From a bacterium (GTDB lineage Bacteria; UBA8248), in contig OZ242260.1 of NCBI GenBank assembly GCA_965207065.1, positions 3,200,001 through 3,264,000 of the forward strand: 64,000 bases of DNA, read 5' to 3'. The position numbers and the translations under genes were made by a program. Under the pieces are notes generated by a model that saw only the letters and a program-made list of their open reading frames with translations, searched no databases and was not told the DNA's origin. Positions 63,106 through 64,000 of this stretch are shown here, in pieces. Within the stretch, counting starts at the first letter, position 1. Every line of letters begins with the position of its first letter.

Positions 63106-64000
63106 TTTGTAATGTGCGGGGCGTTCCCGCTCTCCAGTGGACGGAGATTTTCTGAACCCGAGCCCTCAGGCATGCCTCGGGAGATAGCCCGAAACATCGG
63201 GCGAGAAGTTCCGTAACCTTCGGTTTAATGCCATCTCCATAAAGGAGTGTGAGGTGCAGGCGAATGACGGCGTCGGTCGATGATTCGAGCGAAAACCGCA
63301 CGATGGATGGCCGCGCGTCGAAATGTTTAATCTTTCCTTTGTGCTCGCGCGTGATTTCAATGCTGTTTTCATCCATGAACTCTTCGATGATGGTACTGAC
63401 CTGTAAATCCGGAGCTTCGGGCGAGTCAAGGTCTTTTCGAGACAAGGAAATTTCATAGGTTGCAGCCCTGAGCGCGTTGGCGGATGAAGGTGCTTTCCCC
63501 TCGATGCGCCATCCCGAACGGGGCTTGAGGCCTCGAGGGAGTTCACGTTTCAGGTTTTGGAACAAATCGCGTAATTCGATGCGCCCGTCGACCTCCAATA
63601 GTGAGAAATCCACCACCTCCGCGCGGCTCCCCACGCCTACGGGCAGCGCATGGGAGAAAACGATTTTGGGGTGCGGGTTGAAGCCTTTGGAATGTTCGAG
63701 GCGGTAGCCCGCGCGCTGTATGGCGCGGATGAAAGTTCTGAGAATCTCCAGGTGACTCAAGAAGCGGAGGTCTCCGGATTTTTCATAGATGAATCTGAAT
63801 TTGCGGATGGGCGCGTCGGGTTGTTCTTCGGCGAGGCCGGGGTTGTCGTCGTGTGCGCCCTCGAAACCCACCGGAACGGGCCCTGATTCCCGGGCGACGC
63901 TCTTGCGCCTCCTTTGTCTGGGACGCGGCGGCTCGGGCTGGGCTTTGGCGATTGCGAGCTCTACCGGTTCTGCGGGAGCGACGTCCTGTCCGGGCGGCAA
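63095..64000 (-). CDS. DUF2344 (radical SAM-linked) domain protein, 5' end outside the window
   Basis: K.G.LRFLSHL...F.RA..RA, SKGFNPHPK..F..ALPVG..S.AE; typical position upstream of rng. Confidence 0.8.
   Translation of the reverse strand: MPPGQDVAPAEPVELAIAKAQPEPPRPRQRRRKSVARESGPVPVGFEGAHDDNPGLAEEQPDAPIRKFRFIYEKSGDLRFLSHLEILRTFIRAIQRAGYRLEHSKGFNPHPKIVFSHALPVGVGSRAEVVDFSLLEVDGRIELRDLFQNLKRELPRGLKPRSGWRIEGKAPSSANALRAATYEISLSRKDLDSPEAPDLQVSTIIEEFMDENSIEITREHKGKIKHFDARPSIVRFSLESSTDAVIRLHLTLLYGDGIKPKVTELLARCFGLSPEACLRARVQKISVHWRAGTPRTLQNAV

Overview
GC-rich bacterial chromosome segment. Bases ~7,000-64,000 are almost all housekeeping genes: tsaD, dusB, LpoA/LppC-like lipoprotein, pilM, aroB, aroQ, efp, a liv-type ABC transporter, uppP, manC, pmm/pgm, plsC, ispE-prs-rplY-pth, hppA, rpsF-ssb-rpsR-rplI-dnaB-alr, tgt-yajC-secDF, and on the minus strand rng-cpoB-dprA-topA-trmFO-xerC-hslVU-argBDFG. 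The gene order is Deltaproteobacteria/Nitrospinota-like. The surface proteins and dense palindromic repeats suggest a marine host-associated (e.g. sponge) symbiont, which is an inference only. Bases 1-7,000 are accessory: a modular secreted protein missed by the ORF track, a perfect (CTGTGGGT)16 array, a standalone VRR-NUC-type nuclease, a TbpB-like lipoprotein and a RES toxin-antitoxin pair. The best novelty candidate is ~400 nt of apparently non-coding sequence (2710-3121) directly after the nuclease gene. By hand it folds into a long rod capped by a cUUCGg loop plus a second long hairpin, with G-U pairs biased to the + strand, and I could not match it to a known RNA. Three intergenic gaps hold MITE-like shells filled with shared REP modules, one with a GTTAA target-site duplication. 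No CRISPR, rRNA or tRNA was seen. All calls are by eye from sequence and motifs; no searches or folding programs were run.
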